Of a stretch of DNA of 64,000 nt, positions 32,541 to 42,536 are shown in pieces; position 1 is the stretch's first letter; each line of letters begins with the position of its first letter. Both the position numbers and the translations under genes were made by a program. The DNA lies in NCBI GenBank assembly GCA_965248835.1, contig CBDFLJ010000001.1:2048001-2112000 (forward strand), read 5' to 3'. The stretch is from Alphaproteobacteria bacterium. GTDB lineage: Bacteria; Pseudomonadota; Alphaproteobacteria; MPNO01. The notes under the pieces were generated by a model. It was not told the DNA's origin, ran no database searches, and saw nothing but the letters and a program-made list of their open reading frames with translations.

Positions 32541-33695
32541 GCAGTCTGTCGGACTTTGGTATGGATTTCTCATAGAATCGCACCATGAGCGACTTCGTGG
32601 ACTGTGATCGGGAGCAGGCGTTTTTGCTTCCTCCCGATCTGCGGGACTGGATCCCGGAGGATGATTTGGCGCACTTCGTGATCGAGGCGGTGGAGCGCGT
32701 CGATTTGGGTGCCTTCAAGGTGAACCATCGTGGCACGGGCTCGGCGCAGTATCACCCCCGGATGATGCTGGCGCTGCTGATCTACTGCTACGCCAACGGG
32801 ATCTTCTCGAGCCGTCGGATCGAGCGGGCGACGCACCGCGATATCGGGGTTCGCTTCGTTGCGGCGAACCTGCACCCGGATCACGACACGATCGCGCGCT
32901 TCCGGCGGGAGAACTTTGATGCGGTTTCGGAGAGCTTCCTGCAGGTTCTGCTGCTTGCCAAGGAGTTGAAGCTGTTGCGGGTGGGTCTGGTCAGCGTTGA
33001 CGGCTCCAAGTTCAAGGCCAACGCGAGCAAGCACCGTTCGGTGAGCCATGAGCGGGCGGGCGCGTTGATCACCCAGTTGGAAGGCAAGATCGCGGCGCTG
33101 CTGGGCCGGGCGGAGGCGGCGGACGAGCGGAGCAATTTGACCGACCCGGACAGCCGGCTGATGCGCAAGAGCAAGCAGCATGAGTACCGCCAAGCCTACA
33201 ACGCGCAGGCGGTGGTGGATGTTGGCGGCAGTCAGTTGGTCGTGAGCGCGCGGATCAGCCAATGCGCCAGCGACCGCAACGAACTGGTGGCGGATATCGC
33301 GGCGATCCCGGCGGCGCTGGGCCGGCCGGAGACGGTGCTCGCGGACAACGGCTATGCCAACGGGGCGGAGGTGGCGGCGCTCAAGGAGAGCGGCATCGAG
33401 GCCTTGGTGTCGACCGCGGCGGAAGACCGCCGCCGAACCCACGACTTCCGCCCTGTGAAGGCTCTGCCGGCGGCAAAGGAGCCCAAGGCCGAGTGGTTGA
33501 AGGCGATGGCGAGCAAGCTCACGAGCGAAGAGGGTCGTGCCCTCTACAAGCTGCGCCGGCAGACCGTCGAGCCGGTCTTTGGTGTCATCAGACCGTCGAG
33601 GCGGTGCTCGGCTTCACCGGGTTCTCGCTGCGCGGCCTCGACAAGGTCGCCAGCGAGTGGACCCTGGTAGCTCTCGCTTACAACTGCAAGCGCTA
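32541..33695 (+). mobile_element. IS1182-family element, degraded (transposase from 32585; internal deletion, 3' frameshift, right end lost)
   Basis: FLLPPDL, YHPRMML, SSRRIE, VDGSK, TDPDSR, ADNGY, VEPVFG; duplicated AGACCGTCGAG causes the frameshift; likely left end GCAGTCTGTCGGACTT. Confidence 0.88.
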
Positions 33696-34645
33696 AGAGC
33701 GGTTCCGGGAAGTAGAGATTCACGAGCAAGGGCTTGGCCGGGTCAAGCGTCGCAGCATGATGCGGATCATGGCGAGGTGGATGAAGGCGACGACAGAACG
33801 GACGTGGCGTTCGAAGTCGCGTGCCAGCCGGCGGCAGCGGACGATCCAGGCGAAGGTGCGCTCGACGATCCAGCGCTTCGGCAGCACCTCGAAGCGCGGC
33901 ACGTCGTTGCGCTTGACGATCTCCAGCCGCCAGGCGCCGGTCTTGGCCACCACGGCAGCCATCTTCGGTCCCTGGTAGCCGCCGTCGGCGTAGATCACCT
34001 CGATGAATGGAAACAGCCGGCGTGTCCGGCGCAGCAGCGAGGCCGCGCCATCGCGGTCCTGCACGTTGGCGGGATGCACGACGAGGCCCAGCATCAGGCC
34101 GAGCGTATCGACCAGGATGTGCCGCTTGCGGCCGGTGAGCTTCTTGCCCGCGTCGAAGCCCTGCGGATCGATCGACGCCCCCCTTTTTGCGCCGCTTTGG
34201 CGCTCTGGCTGTCGATGATGGCCGCGCTCGGACTGGCTTCGTGGCCCGCGCGCTCGCGCACCGCCACGTAGAGCTCATGATGGATGCGAGCCAGGGTGCC
34301 GTCCCATTCCCACAGCTCGAAGTCGTCGTACACCGTGCTCTTCGGCGGCAGATCCTTGGGCAGCGCGGTCCACTGGCAGCCGCTCGACAGCACGTAGAAG
34401 ATGCCGTTCAGGACTTCGCGGACATCGACCGTCCGCTTACGCCCACCGTGCTTCGCCGGTGGGATCAGCGGCGCGATCAGCGCCCATTCGGCGTCGCTCA
34501 GATCACTCGGATAGCGAAGCCGGCCACGGTCGGCGGCCACGCGGTGTCCAGGCTTCCACATCGGGCACCCCCAAGCAGTTGGACAGGTGCCAGACAATGA
34601 ATCACAACCGATTCCGCCGACTCAAGAACTTTCCGGAACCGCTCT
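33696..34645 (-). mobile_element. IS5-family element (IS427/IS1031-like), apparently intact, with -1 frameshift site
   Basis: TIRs AGAGCGGTTCCGG / CCGGAACCGCTCT flanked by TA; orfA from 34561 (YPSDL, IIDSQS); AAAAAGGGGGG slip site near 34178-34188; -1 frame gives GRKRHILVD, DGGY, RWIVERTFAW to 33720. Confidence 0.93.
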
Positions 34646-34647
34646 TA

Positions 34648-35547
34648 GAGACCGTTTGAGAAAGGGTGTTCCGATCGGTGGGGTTTGGTGATTCACCCTG
34701 TGCATGTGGACACAGCAGACGCGAGGCCGCATGGCCGCGATCGAGCGGAAGACGAAGCGCTATCCGACCGATCTCAGCGATGAGGAGTGGGCGCGGATCG
34801 CGCCGCTGCTGCCGAAGCCGGCGCAGCGGGGCCGCAAGCCGAGCGTGGACCTGCGCGAGGTGCTGAATGCGATCCGCTACATGACGCGCACGGGCGGCGG
34901 CTGGCGCATGCTGCCGAAGGACTTCCGCCCTGGCAGACGGTGTCCTGGTGGTTCCGGCGCTTCGTGCGCCTGATGCTGTTTCGCACCATCCACGACATCG
35001 CCTTGATGATGGACCGCGAATGCGTCGGCCGCGAGGCCAGCCCGAGCGCCGGCGTGGTCGACAGCCAGACGGTCAAGGCCCCCGCGCCGGGGGCGCAGCG
35101 GGGCTACGACGCGGCCAAGAAGACGGTCGGCCGCAAGCGCCATGTCGTGGTCGACACCGACGGCCGGCTGCTGATGGCCAACCTGACGCCGGCCGATATC
35201 TCCGACAGCGCCGGCGCGCAGATGATCCTGGAGGGCATCGGCAAGCGCTGGCCGTAGCTCAAGCACCTGTTCGCCAACGGCGCCTACGACCGCACCCAAC
35301 TGATGGACAAGGCGGCCTTCCTCGACTTCGTCATCGAGGTGGTGCGCCGCATCGACGACGAGCCGGGCTTCAAAGTCGTGCCGCGGCGCTGGGTGGTCGA
35401 ACGGACCTTCGGTTGGCTCACCCGTTGGCGCCGCCTGGTGCGCGACCACGAACAACGCGTCGACGTCTCCGAGGCCATGATCCACGTCGCATTGGGAAGC
35501 CTGCTGCTACGCCGGGTCAGCCATTGAGCGAATTCTCAAACGGACTC
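34648..35547 (+). mobile_element. IS5-family element (IS1031-like), pseudogenised transposase
   Basis: TIRs GAGACCGTTTGAGAA / TTCTCAAACGGACTC; YPTDL, VDSQTVK, GRKRH, RWVVERTF; frameshift near 34925 and in-frame TAG at 35255. Confidence 0.92.
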
Positions 35548-35550
35548 TAA

Positions 35551-36273
35551 CAACCGGGGGATTTGACGAAGATTTCGGTGTGCTGTCCGACTTTCGCTGA
35601 GATCGGCGGTGTTGACGTCCGCAATCATCCGCCGTTTCGTTCTCGGCGGAGGGTTTTGGCGCTATTCGGGCGGACTCATGCCATGGCGGCGCTGCGCTCA
35701 TGGAAGATCAGACGCTGGAAATTATAAGCCAGGTTGGCGAGGCCGATCTTGGCCGCCGCCCGCTCGAGCCCGATGGTACGGACGAACAGGCCCATGCGAT
35801 CCTTCTGCTGGGCGAAGACGTGCTCGACATGCGCACGGACCGCTGACTTGCGGGCATTGGCCCGGGCGGTCGCCTTGGGCATGGCCCGGCCCGGCGGCTT
35901 CTTGCGGTGGATGTGGGAGACCCGACCCTTGCCGGCCAGCCACGCCTCGTTGGCCTTCGAGCGATAGGCGCTGTCGGCCCACACGCCGGCGGCCAGATTG
36001 TCGCCGGTGACGAGATGACGCAACATCTTGCCGTCATGGCGGGCGGCATCGGTCACTGCCGAGCTGCGGATGAAGCCGTAGGCCCGGTCGATGACGACAT
36101 GGGCTGCGCGGGCTTACGCCGCGCCACTGGCGCGACGGTCCTGCTCGCTGTAGCCGAACACCGGGATCGCGATGTCGGGCATGCGCCGTTGCGCCCCGGC
36201 GGGGTTCTTGCGCCGCCCGGTCTTCACCGTCCACCGCGCATCCGTGTCCTTCTGCGCCGCCTTGGCCGGCTGA
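35551..36273 (-). mobile_element. 3' half of an IS5-family element
   Basis: KDTDARWTVK, IPVFGY, VTDAARHDG, VWADSAYRS, RAHVEHVFA, NLAYNF; short insertion near 36100-36150. Confidence 0.88.
36190..36273. repeat. About 84-bp direct repeat, copy 1 (IS5 internal)
   Basis: Near-identical to 46386-46468. Confidence 0.92.
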
Positions 36274-36521
36274 ATTCCGGCCACGTCATCGGATGCGGCA
36301 CCAATCACAAGGGGGTCGGGCTGCCGCAGGACCGCGACCATGCCGAGATCGAGATCGCGGGCATCGGACGCTTGGCCATCAACCTCACCGATCCCCTCAA
36401 GCGCAGTTGGGAACGCGGCGTACAAGGGCCGGGATTCGACCCATCCGGACAACGTGAATCCCGAATGTCCTTCCGGCCGATAGCAAGGACCTTATCGACG
36501 GGACCGTCCGGGTCCGGATAG
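36274..36521 (+). pseudogene. 3' fragment of a fumarylacetoacetate hydrolase family gene
   Basis: SGHVIGCGTNH.G...EIEIAGIGRL...DPLKRSW; 5' part replaced by IS5. Confidence 0.6.
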
Positions 36522-36546
36522 GATGCCGGGCAGGTGGAGGCAGGCG

Positions 36547-37602
36547 ATGGCAGGCAAACAAGCGATTCACCTTGTAGGGAGCATGCCGCTCGATAGTGCG
36601 GAGGATGTCTTCCGCACGGTCTGCGGCGCGACCGGCGGCAATGTGCGGCGGGTTCCCGACGGCGAGACGGGAATGCGCATCAACTGGATCCGGTGCATTC
36701 AGGACATGCTGACGGCGCATCCGGATTTCGAGGTCGACCCAGAGACCCCGCCCCTGCAGTGGCGGCAATGGGACGGTAAATTTCTGCGCGAGATCCCGCA
36801 GTTGAAGTTCAAGGACGGCGTCGATCCCGACAGCGTCGTGTTCACGACCCCGTACCGGGAGGAAGCGGTTCGGTCGTTCGAAGTCTTCGACCGGTTGCGC
36901 GCGGACGGCGTGATCCCCGACGGCATCAAATTTCAGGTCTGTGTCCCGACTCCCCTCGCGCCGGGCTACAACTACGTGGCGCCGCGGGCACGGGCGGACT
37001 TCATCCGCGTTTTCGGCGATCACATCGTCGAGGCGGTCGCGCAGCTTGCCGATCGACTGCCTAGGGAGCAGCTCGCCTTGCAATGGGATGTCTGCCAGGA
37101 GGTCCTGATGTGGGAGGGCTATTACGATCATCGTCCCGACGACTTCAAGGAGGAAATCCTCGCCGTCCTCGGCCGCGTCGGCGACGCGGTGCCGGAGCCG
37201 GTCGAGCTCGGCTATCACTTGTGCTACGGGAGTCCCAAGGACGAGCACCTGATCCAGCCCGTGGACGCCGCCAATCTGGTCGAGATCCTCAACGGCTTGT
37301 TCCAGACGGTGCGCCGTTCGATCCAGTTCGTCCATATTCCGGTACCCAGGGACCGCGCCGACGCCGCTTATTTCGAACCGCTCCGCGGGCTGAACATTCC
37401 GCACGAGACCGACCTCTATCTCGGTCTCGTGCATTACGACGACGTTTCGGGAAACGACCGGCGGCTTGATATGGCGTGCAGATATGCCAAGGTCGACGGC
37501 GTCGCGACGGAGTGCGGCTGGGGGCGAGCGGATCCCGAACGCGTTCCCGGCTACCTGGAGTCGCTCTGCCGGTCGGCCGACCATCTGGCCGCCAGAGGCT
37601 GA
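36547..37602 (+). CDS. Single-barrel MetE/UROD-superfamily protein
   Basis: HLVGS start, PDGETG.R, HLCYG and C-terminal ECGWG (candidate Zn ligands), LGLVH. Confidence 0.75.
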   Translation: MAGKQAIHLVGSMPLDSAEDVFRTVCGATGGNVRRVPDGETGMRINWIRCIQDMLTAHPDFEVDPETPPLQWRQWDGKFLREIPQLKFKDGVDPDSVVFTTPYREEAVRSFEVFDRLRADGVIPDGIKFQVCVPTPLAPGYNYVAPRARADFIRVFGDHIVEAVAQLADRLPREQLALQWDVCQEVLMWEGYYDHRPDDFKEEILAVLGRVGDAVPEPVELGYHLCYGSPKDEHLIQPVDAANLVEILNGLFQTVRRSIQFVHIPVPRDRADAAYFEPLRGLNIPHETDLYLGLVHYDDVSGNDRRLDMACRYAKVDGVATECGWGRADPERVPGYLESLCRSADHLAARG

Positions 37603-37681
37603 CCTTCGAAGTGCACGCCCCGGCTTCGTCGCGGAAATGACGGAATGAACAGCCGTCGCGTCCTCCGCCAAGGAGAGAGCG

Positions 37682-37850
37682 ATGTTCGTTGCCACCGAAG
37701 GCGCCGTCCTGCCCGCCACCATCGCCGGATCGCTGCCCTAACCGGGATGGTATACGGAGAATCTCGGCCGGCGCTGCTTCCGCGAGCGGTGATCAACGGC
37801 CATTTCCGCGCGTAATACACCGATGCCGTGTCGGCGTTTCTGCGGCCCCG
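37682..37850 (+). pseudogene. 5' relic of a second MetE-II-like gene
   Basis: SD AAGGAG; MFVATEGAVLPATIAGSLP*PGWYTENLG with stops and a frameshift; end uncertain. Confidence 0.6.
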
Positions 37851-38088
37851 GCCTGGCCGCATCCGCGCCGCCGGATGCGGCACGAAGGGTTGGCGGCGCG
37901 CTTTCGCCCAAGGCCGTTGGCCCGTTGGCCGGGGCTCCCTGGACTACAGCGGCGGCGGAGTCCGTCACGCGGCGGGTCCTTCGGCCTGCCCCTTGGGTGT
38001 GCGAGCGGCGCGGAGCATCTGGGCGCCCGGAGCGCGGCGCCTTGACCCAAAAGGCCGGCGATTCGCCCGCCGAGCGGGGAGCGGGACG

Positions 38089-38634
38089 CTACCGGGACGG
38101 CACGGTGCGAACGTGACCGTCCCGGTTGTCGAACAGCGCCTGATCGGCATAGCCCATGAAATCGGGCTGCGCCTTGCCGGCCATGACCTGAAGATACACC
38201 GGCTCGACGGTATCGTTGGAATAACCGTGGATCACACCCGCGGGACAGGAGACGCAGTCCCACGGCCCCAGGGTCACCTGCAGATGCCGACCATCCTCTT
38301 CTTCGAAAAACACGGTGAGGTGACCCTGAAGGACGAAGAAAACCTCCTCGACCTCATGCGTATGAGGCGCATTACCCTCGCCCGGCGGGACGTACATGAC
38401 GCTGAGCGTGAATGCCTTGGCCGGAATCACCTTTTCGTCGGGCTTGCCGCTGGTATTTCCTATGAACCGATGCTGGGCTCGCCGGTAGCCATCGATCAAC
38501 GCGTCGGCGAAAGCCTCCCAATCCGGCCTGCGGTCCTTGAAATGGGCGACGTACCGAGCGGCGATCTGCTCGAGACTCAGATCGGCGACCTCGGGCGGAC
38601 GCTCGTGGCGCGCTGTCTTCGTCTTCCGGGCCAT
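38089..38634 (-). CDS. Cupin domain protein
   Basis: PHTHEVEEVFFVLQG and CPAGVIH cupin motifs. Confidence 0.88.
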   Translation of the reverse strand: MARKTKTARHERPPEVADLSLEQIAARYVAHFKDRRPDWEAFADALIDGYRRAQHRFIGNTSGKPDEKVIPAKAFTLSVMYVPPGEGNAPHTHEVEEVFFVLQGHLTVFFEEEDGRHLQVTLGPWDCVSCPAGVIHGYSNDTVEPVYLQVMAGKAQPDFMGYADQALFDNRDGHVRTVPSR

Positions 38635-38650
38635 GGATAGCCTATGCCGC

Positions 38651-39625
38651 TCAGGAGCCCGGAATGAACGCGTTGGTGAAATAGGCGCTGATCGGAAGCG
38701 CCTTCTTGATCCGCTTGCCCTCGATCAGGGTCATTTGAGCCTTCTCGATATCGCCCGGCGGGGTCCATCCCAACGGCTTACCCTTGCTGGCATCGTTCCC
38801 GAGCAGATCGAACGATGCCTTTAGAATCTCGAGCGAGATCGCGGGCTTCAGGTTGGGAGCAACCTTCCGCAGCGATTCGATTGCTGCTGAAGGCTCTTTC
38901 TGACCCAACACGAGAGCCGCGCGGACGCTCGCAACCATGCGCCGGACGAGATCGGGGTTGTTCTCGATGTTGTCGGTATGCGTGATCAGGGCGAGGCCGG
39001 GCACGACCACACCACCCGAAGCGTAGGTGAAATAAGTCGAAGGAACGCCATTGGCGGTTGCCTTCGGCGCCTGCAGGAAGCCGAACGAGTCGATGGCGTC
39101 CACCTTGCCTTGCAACAGCGCTGCGAGCTTGGCGGCCGGCTCCATGAACACGAGCTTGACCTTGCCCTCGAGGCCGTTCGCCTTTTGCAGGGCCTTGAAA
39201 TACATCGCGGTCGCGCCGCCGGCCGAGAACCCGATTTGCGATCCGGCGAGATCCTTCCAGCTCTTCCAGCCGTTTTTCTTGGGGAAGATGATGGCGACCG
39301 GATTTGTCCGAAGATAGGACGCAACGATCCTGACCGGCAGGCCCTTGGAGATGAGCACCATCACCGCACCGCCATCGGCGGTTCCGAAGGTGACCGTCTT
39401 GTTGCCGACGGTTTGCGCCGTGATGGCCGATCCGCGACCATCGCGAATGTCGATGTCGATTCCGTTCTTGGCGAAGATTCCCTTGTCCTTGGCATGGTAC
39501 CAGACGGCGTGGTACGCGCTCTTGATCCAATCGGTCCTGAGCGAGACCTGATCTGCGGCCTGGGCCGGCAGTGCCATGAGGGCCAAAAGCCCGGTTGCGA
39601 CTGCGCCGATTGTCGTGGATCTCAT
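38651..39625 (-). CDS. ABC transporter substrate-binding protein, NMT1/THI5/SsuA type
   Basis: Signal peptide, LRTDW, KGIF..NGID, GRGS, ALLQGKVDA. Confidence 0.88.
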   Translation of the reverse strand: MRSTTIGAVATGLLALMALPAQAADQVSLRTDWIKSAYHAVWYHAKDKGIFAKNGIDIDIRDGRGSAITAQTVGNKTVTFGTADGGAVMVLISKGLPVRIVASYLRTNPVAIIFPKKNGWKSWKDLAGSQIGFSAGGATAMYFKALQKANGLEGKVKLVFMEPAAKLAALLQGKVDAIDSFGFLQAPKATANGVPSTYFTYASGGVVVPGLALITHTDNIENNPDLVRRMVASVRAALVLGQKEPSAAIESLRKVAPNLKPAISLEILKASFDLLGNDASKGKPLGWTPPGDIEKAQMTLIEGKRIKKALPISAYFTNAFIPGS

Positions 39626-39663
39626 ATCCGTTTCCTCCTCTGTTTCTGGTGCTTTCAATCCGT

Positions 39664-40446
39664 TCAATTCACGTGCGCACGCTGTGAGACGTGCCACGGA
39701 ATCATGAGCCGCTCGAGGACCTCGATAGCGTAAAAGAACACCATCGCGAGCAGCGAAAGAACGAACAGGATTGCGAACAAAAGTGCCGTATCGAGTTCAC
39801 CTGCCGCGCTCAGCAGCAGATAGCCGAGCCCGTTGTCCGAGCCGATGAATTCACCGGTGAGGGCACCGACCACGGCAAGCGCGGATGCGACTTTGAGCCC
39901 ACCAAACATGCTGGGCAACGCGCCCGGCAGCCGAAGGCGGAGAAAGATCCGCCTCGGCGGCGCACCCATCGAGCGTGCCAGCTGCACAAGCGCAGGGTCG
40001 ATACTGCGCAAACCGACAATGGTATCGACCACGATCGGGAAAAAGCAGATCAGGAAGGCCACCGCCACCTTTGGAAACATGCCAAACCCGAACCAGACCA
40101 CGAACAACGGGGCCAGGGCGATCTTCGGAATGCTCTGGGTCGCGACCATCGGCGGATACAGTATGCGTTCCAACGTGGATGACGATACGACGATGATTGC
40201 CAAGGGCACCCCGACGACCACCGCAAGCAGATATCCAGCCATCACCGAGAGCATCGTCCAACCCGAATGAGGGATCATCTCCCACCCGTTATCCCGGCCG
40301 GAATCGAGCACCTCCGCCGGTCCTGGGAGCAGATAGCTGGGGGTTTCGAACAACCAGACGACGCCTGCCCAGAGCCCGATGAGGGCCGCGAACGAGATCA
40401 CCATCCAAAACGCGTCGCGGGTCCAATTTCGTTTCCAGAACGACAT
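39664..40446 (-). CDS. ABC transporter permease, SsuC/TauC type
   Basis: QSIPKIALAPLFVVWFGFG, LARSMGA, GEFIGS..GLG. Confidence 0.92.
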   Translation of the reverse strand: MSFWKRNWTRDAFWMVISFAALIGLWAGVVWLFETPSYLLPGPAEVLDSGRDNGWEMIPHSGWTMLSVMAGYLLAVVVGVPLAIIVVSSSTLERILYPPMVATQSIPKIALAPLFVVWFGFGMFPKVAVAFLICFFPIVVDTIVGLRSIDPALVQLARSMGAPPRRIFLRLRLPGALPSMFGGLKVASALAVVGALTGEFIGSDNGLGYLLLSAAGELDTALLFAILFVLSLLAMVFFYAIEVLERLMIPWHVSQRAHVN

Positions 40447-40463
40447 CGTGCATCCTTATCGGG

Positions 40464-41300
40464 TTAGTGGTGAATAACCCCCATCTCCTGGAACATCAGC
40501 CTGATCTCGTGAACGATCTTGATGAACCCGGGGGTGTCGTGGATGTTGAGATCGCGCGGACGGTCAAGCTCGACGTCCAGGATCGCCCGGATAGCGCCCG
40601 GCCGCGGGGTCATCACGATGACACGGTCGGACAGGAAGACGGCTTCGCTGATGCTATGGGTAACGAACAGAACGGTTTTTTGCGAGCGCTGCCAGATCGT
40701 CTGGAGATCGACCTGCATTTGCTCGCGGGTCAGCGCATCGAGCGCGCCGAACGGCTCGTCCATCAGCAGCATGGGCGGGTCCAGGAGCAGCGCACGGCAG
40801 AGCGCAACCCGTTGGCGCATGCCCCCGGACAGCTCGAAGGGCCGCTTGCCTTCGAATCCCTCAAGTCCGACCGAGCCGAGCAGTTCATGGGCCCGCGAGA
40901 CGTAGGCGCTCTCGTCGAGCCCGCGCATAACGCATGAAAGCAGAACATTGCCGGCGACGGTTCGCCAATCGAGCAGCAGATCGCTCTGAAAAACGAAGCC
41001 GAGATCGGTATAGGGCTCGGTGACAGCGGTCCCGCCGATCCGAACCTCGCCGCCGGTCGCCTCGAGCAGCCCGGCGACAACGGATAACAGCGTGCTCTTG
41101 CCGCAGCCGCTTGGACCGACGATGGTGACGAACTCGCCACGCCGAACATGAAGATCAACGCCCTCGAGCGCGACAATCGGCTCACCGTCCTGGCCGACAA
41201 ACGTCTTGTTGAGCGATTCGATCTCGATGAATCCGCTCGCGGCCCGCGCCCGCACTTCCGGTATTGCAACGGTCCGGATTTCCTGCGGGCGCGGCGTCAT
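40464..41300 (-). CDS. ABC transporter ATP-binding protein, SsuB/TauB type
   Basis: GPSGCGKST, LSGGMRQR, LMDEPFGALD, FVTH. Confidence 0.95.
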   Translation of the reverse strand: MTPRPQEIRTVAIPEVRARAASGFIEIESLNKTFVGQDGEPIVALEGVDLHVRRGEFVTIVGPSGCGKSTLLSVVAGLLEATGGEVRIGGTAVTEPYTDLGFVFQSDLLLDWRTVAGNVLLSCVMRGLDESAYVSRAHELLGSVGLEGFEGKRPFELSGGMRQRVALCRALLLDPPMLLMDEPFGALDALTREQMQVDLQTIWQRSQKTVLFVTHSISEAVFLSDRVIVMTPRPGAIRAILDVELDRPRDLNIHDTPGFIKIVHEIRLMFQEMGVIHH

Positions 41301-41660
41301 CAACCCGGCCCCGACGCGGGAGCAGCTTCGTCCGAGAAGACACGCATCACATCTTCCCAACCGATCGGGGTCGAATTAAACGCAGCGCCAAGCGGCTCGA
41401 GCGCATCGGCGACCGGGTTGGCGATCACCACCGGCGGTGCAACGGCGCCGCATTCGGCGAGCCCCTGGACCCCGAGCGGATTCAGTGGCGAGGGCGTCTC
41501 TTCATGGAGCACCCTGATCGGCGGAACCTCGGAGGCTGACGGGACGCGGTCGTCCATGAAGCTCCCGGCGGGTAGCTGCGCGTTCTTGTCATGGACGATG
41601 TCCTGCAGCAGACCACCGTCCATCCCTTGGTCGAGCCCGCCCTTCAACTGGCCATCCCAG
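41300..41660 (-). pseudogene. 3' fragment of a xanthine dehydrogenase/CoxL-family large subunit
   Basis: GQLKGG..QG, GSFMD, PSPLNPLGV.G.AE; stop overlaps the ATPase ATG. Confidence 0.8.
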
Positions 41661-41735
41661 CCAGATCGCGGGGCGAGACAGATCTGCCGAAGGCCACGTT
41701 CAAATCCGGCACACCCCTGACACCGACATCGCCGT

Positions 41736-41991
41736 CGCCGTCGCGGAACTCGAGATCGGTCTGCGCACTCTCCAGCAGGTGTGCGTCAACGGTCAAGACC
41801 TTTTGCTTGAGACGATCGCTCGCCCGGGCGGCGGCCGCCCGGTAGCGGGCGCGATGGCAGGCGCCGAGGGGTCGGCTCGAACCGAACCGGCTGGTGCTCG
41901 TCGACGAGACCTGGACACCTCCAAAAAATCCCTCACCGCGGAATATAGAATGTTCGTAGATATTTTATTTCAATATCTTACGGGCCACCTG
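41736..41991. repeat. About 256-bp direct repeat, copy 1
   Basis: Colinear with 44321-44576 (constant offset 2585); includes IS630-like LEPNRLVLVDETW. Confidence 0.95.
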
Positions 41992-42025
41992 ACGCGAACG
42001 CGTCGAGGTTTTTTCAGAGGCGCCC
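41913..42025. mobile_element. Candidate 113-bp MITE with IS5-like ends
   Basis: Left GGACACCTCCAAAAAA vs reverse complement of right end GGGCGCCTCTGAAAAA (12/16); AT-rich core. Confidence 0.6.
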
Positions 42026-42069
42026 AGGCGTCTTTTATGTTCTATCCGCGCGGGGAATAGGTAGGTGAC

Positions 42070-42220
42070 CAGGGTGCCGGGGTGATCGACAGCCAGACGG
42101 TGAAAGCCCCGGCCGCTGGGGCGGAACGCGGCTATGACGGCGCCAAGAAGACCATCGGCGGCAAGCCTCACGTGGCGGTGGATAGCGACTTCCGCCTGCT
42201 GATGGTCAACCTGACGACGG
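42070..42220 (+). mobile_element. Internal IS5 fragment related to the element at 34648-35547, fused in frame to unrelated sequence (ORF to 42525)
   Basis: DSQTVKAP...GYDGAKKT...LLMVNLT matches the element around 35055-35190. Confidence 0.8.
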
Positions 42221-42536
42221 CGGTTGTCGAGCGCCGGGGTGTCGACGCCGATGACGGCCCGACTCTTACGGCGCTGCGGCGGTTGCGCGACGGTTATATG
42301 ACGCGCACGCCGGCCTCCCGCGTGCTGGTCGCGGAGTATTGCGAAATCGCTCCGGCCATTGTCGCGGCGATCCCCGAGGATCATCCCGATTGGGGCTGGA
42401 TCGCCGAGCGGATCGATGCCGGCGTGGCCGCGATCGAGGTCGAGGACGACCTAGGCGCCTTTGGCGCCTATGTCGAGATGGTGCGGCGGCTCTCGGAAAG
42501 CTGGTCCGCACTCAATGCCCAGTAAGGAGACCGACG

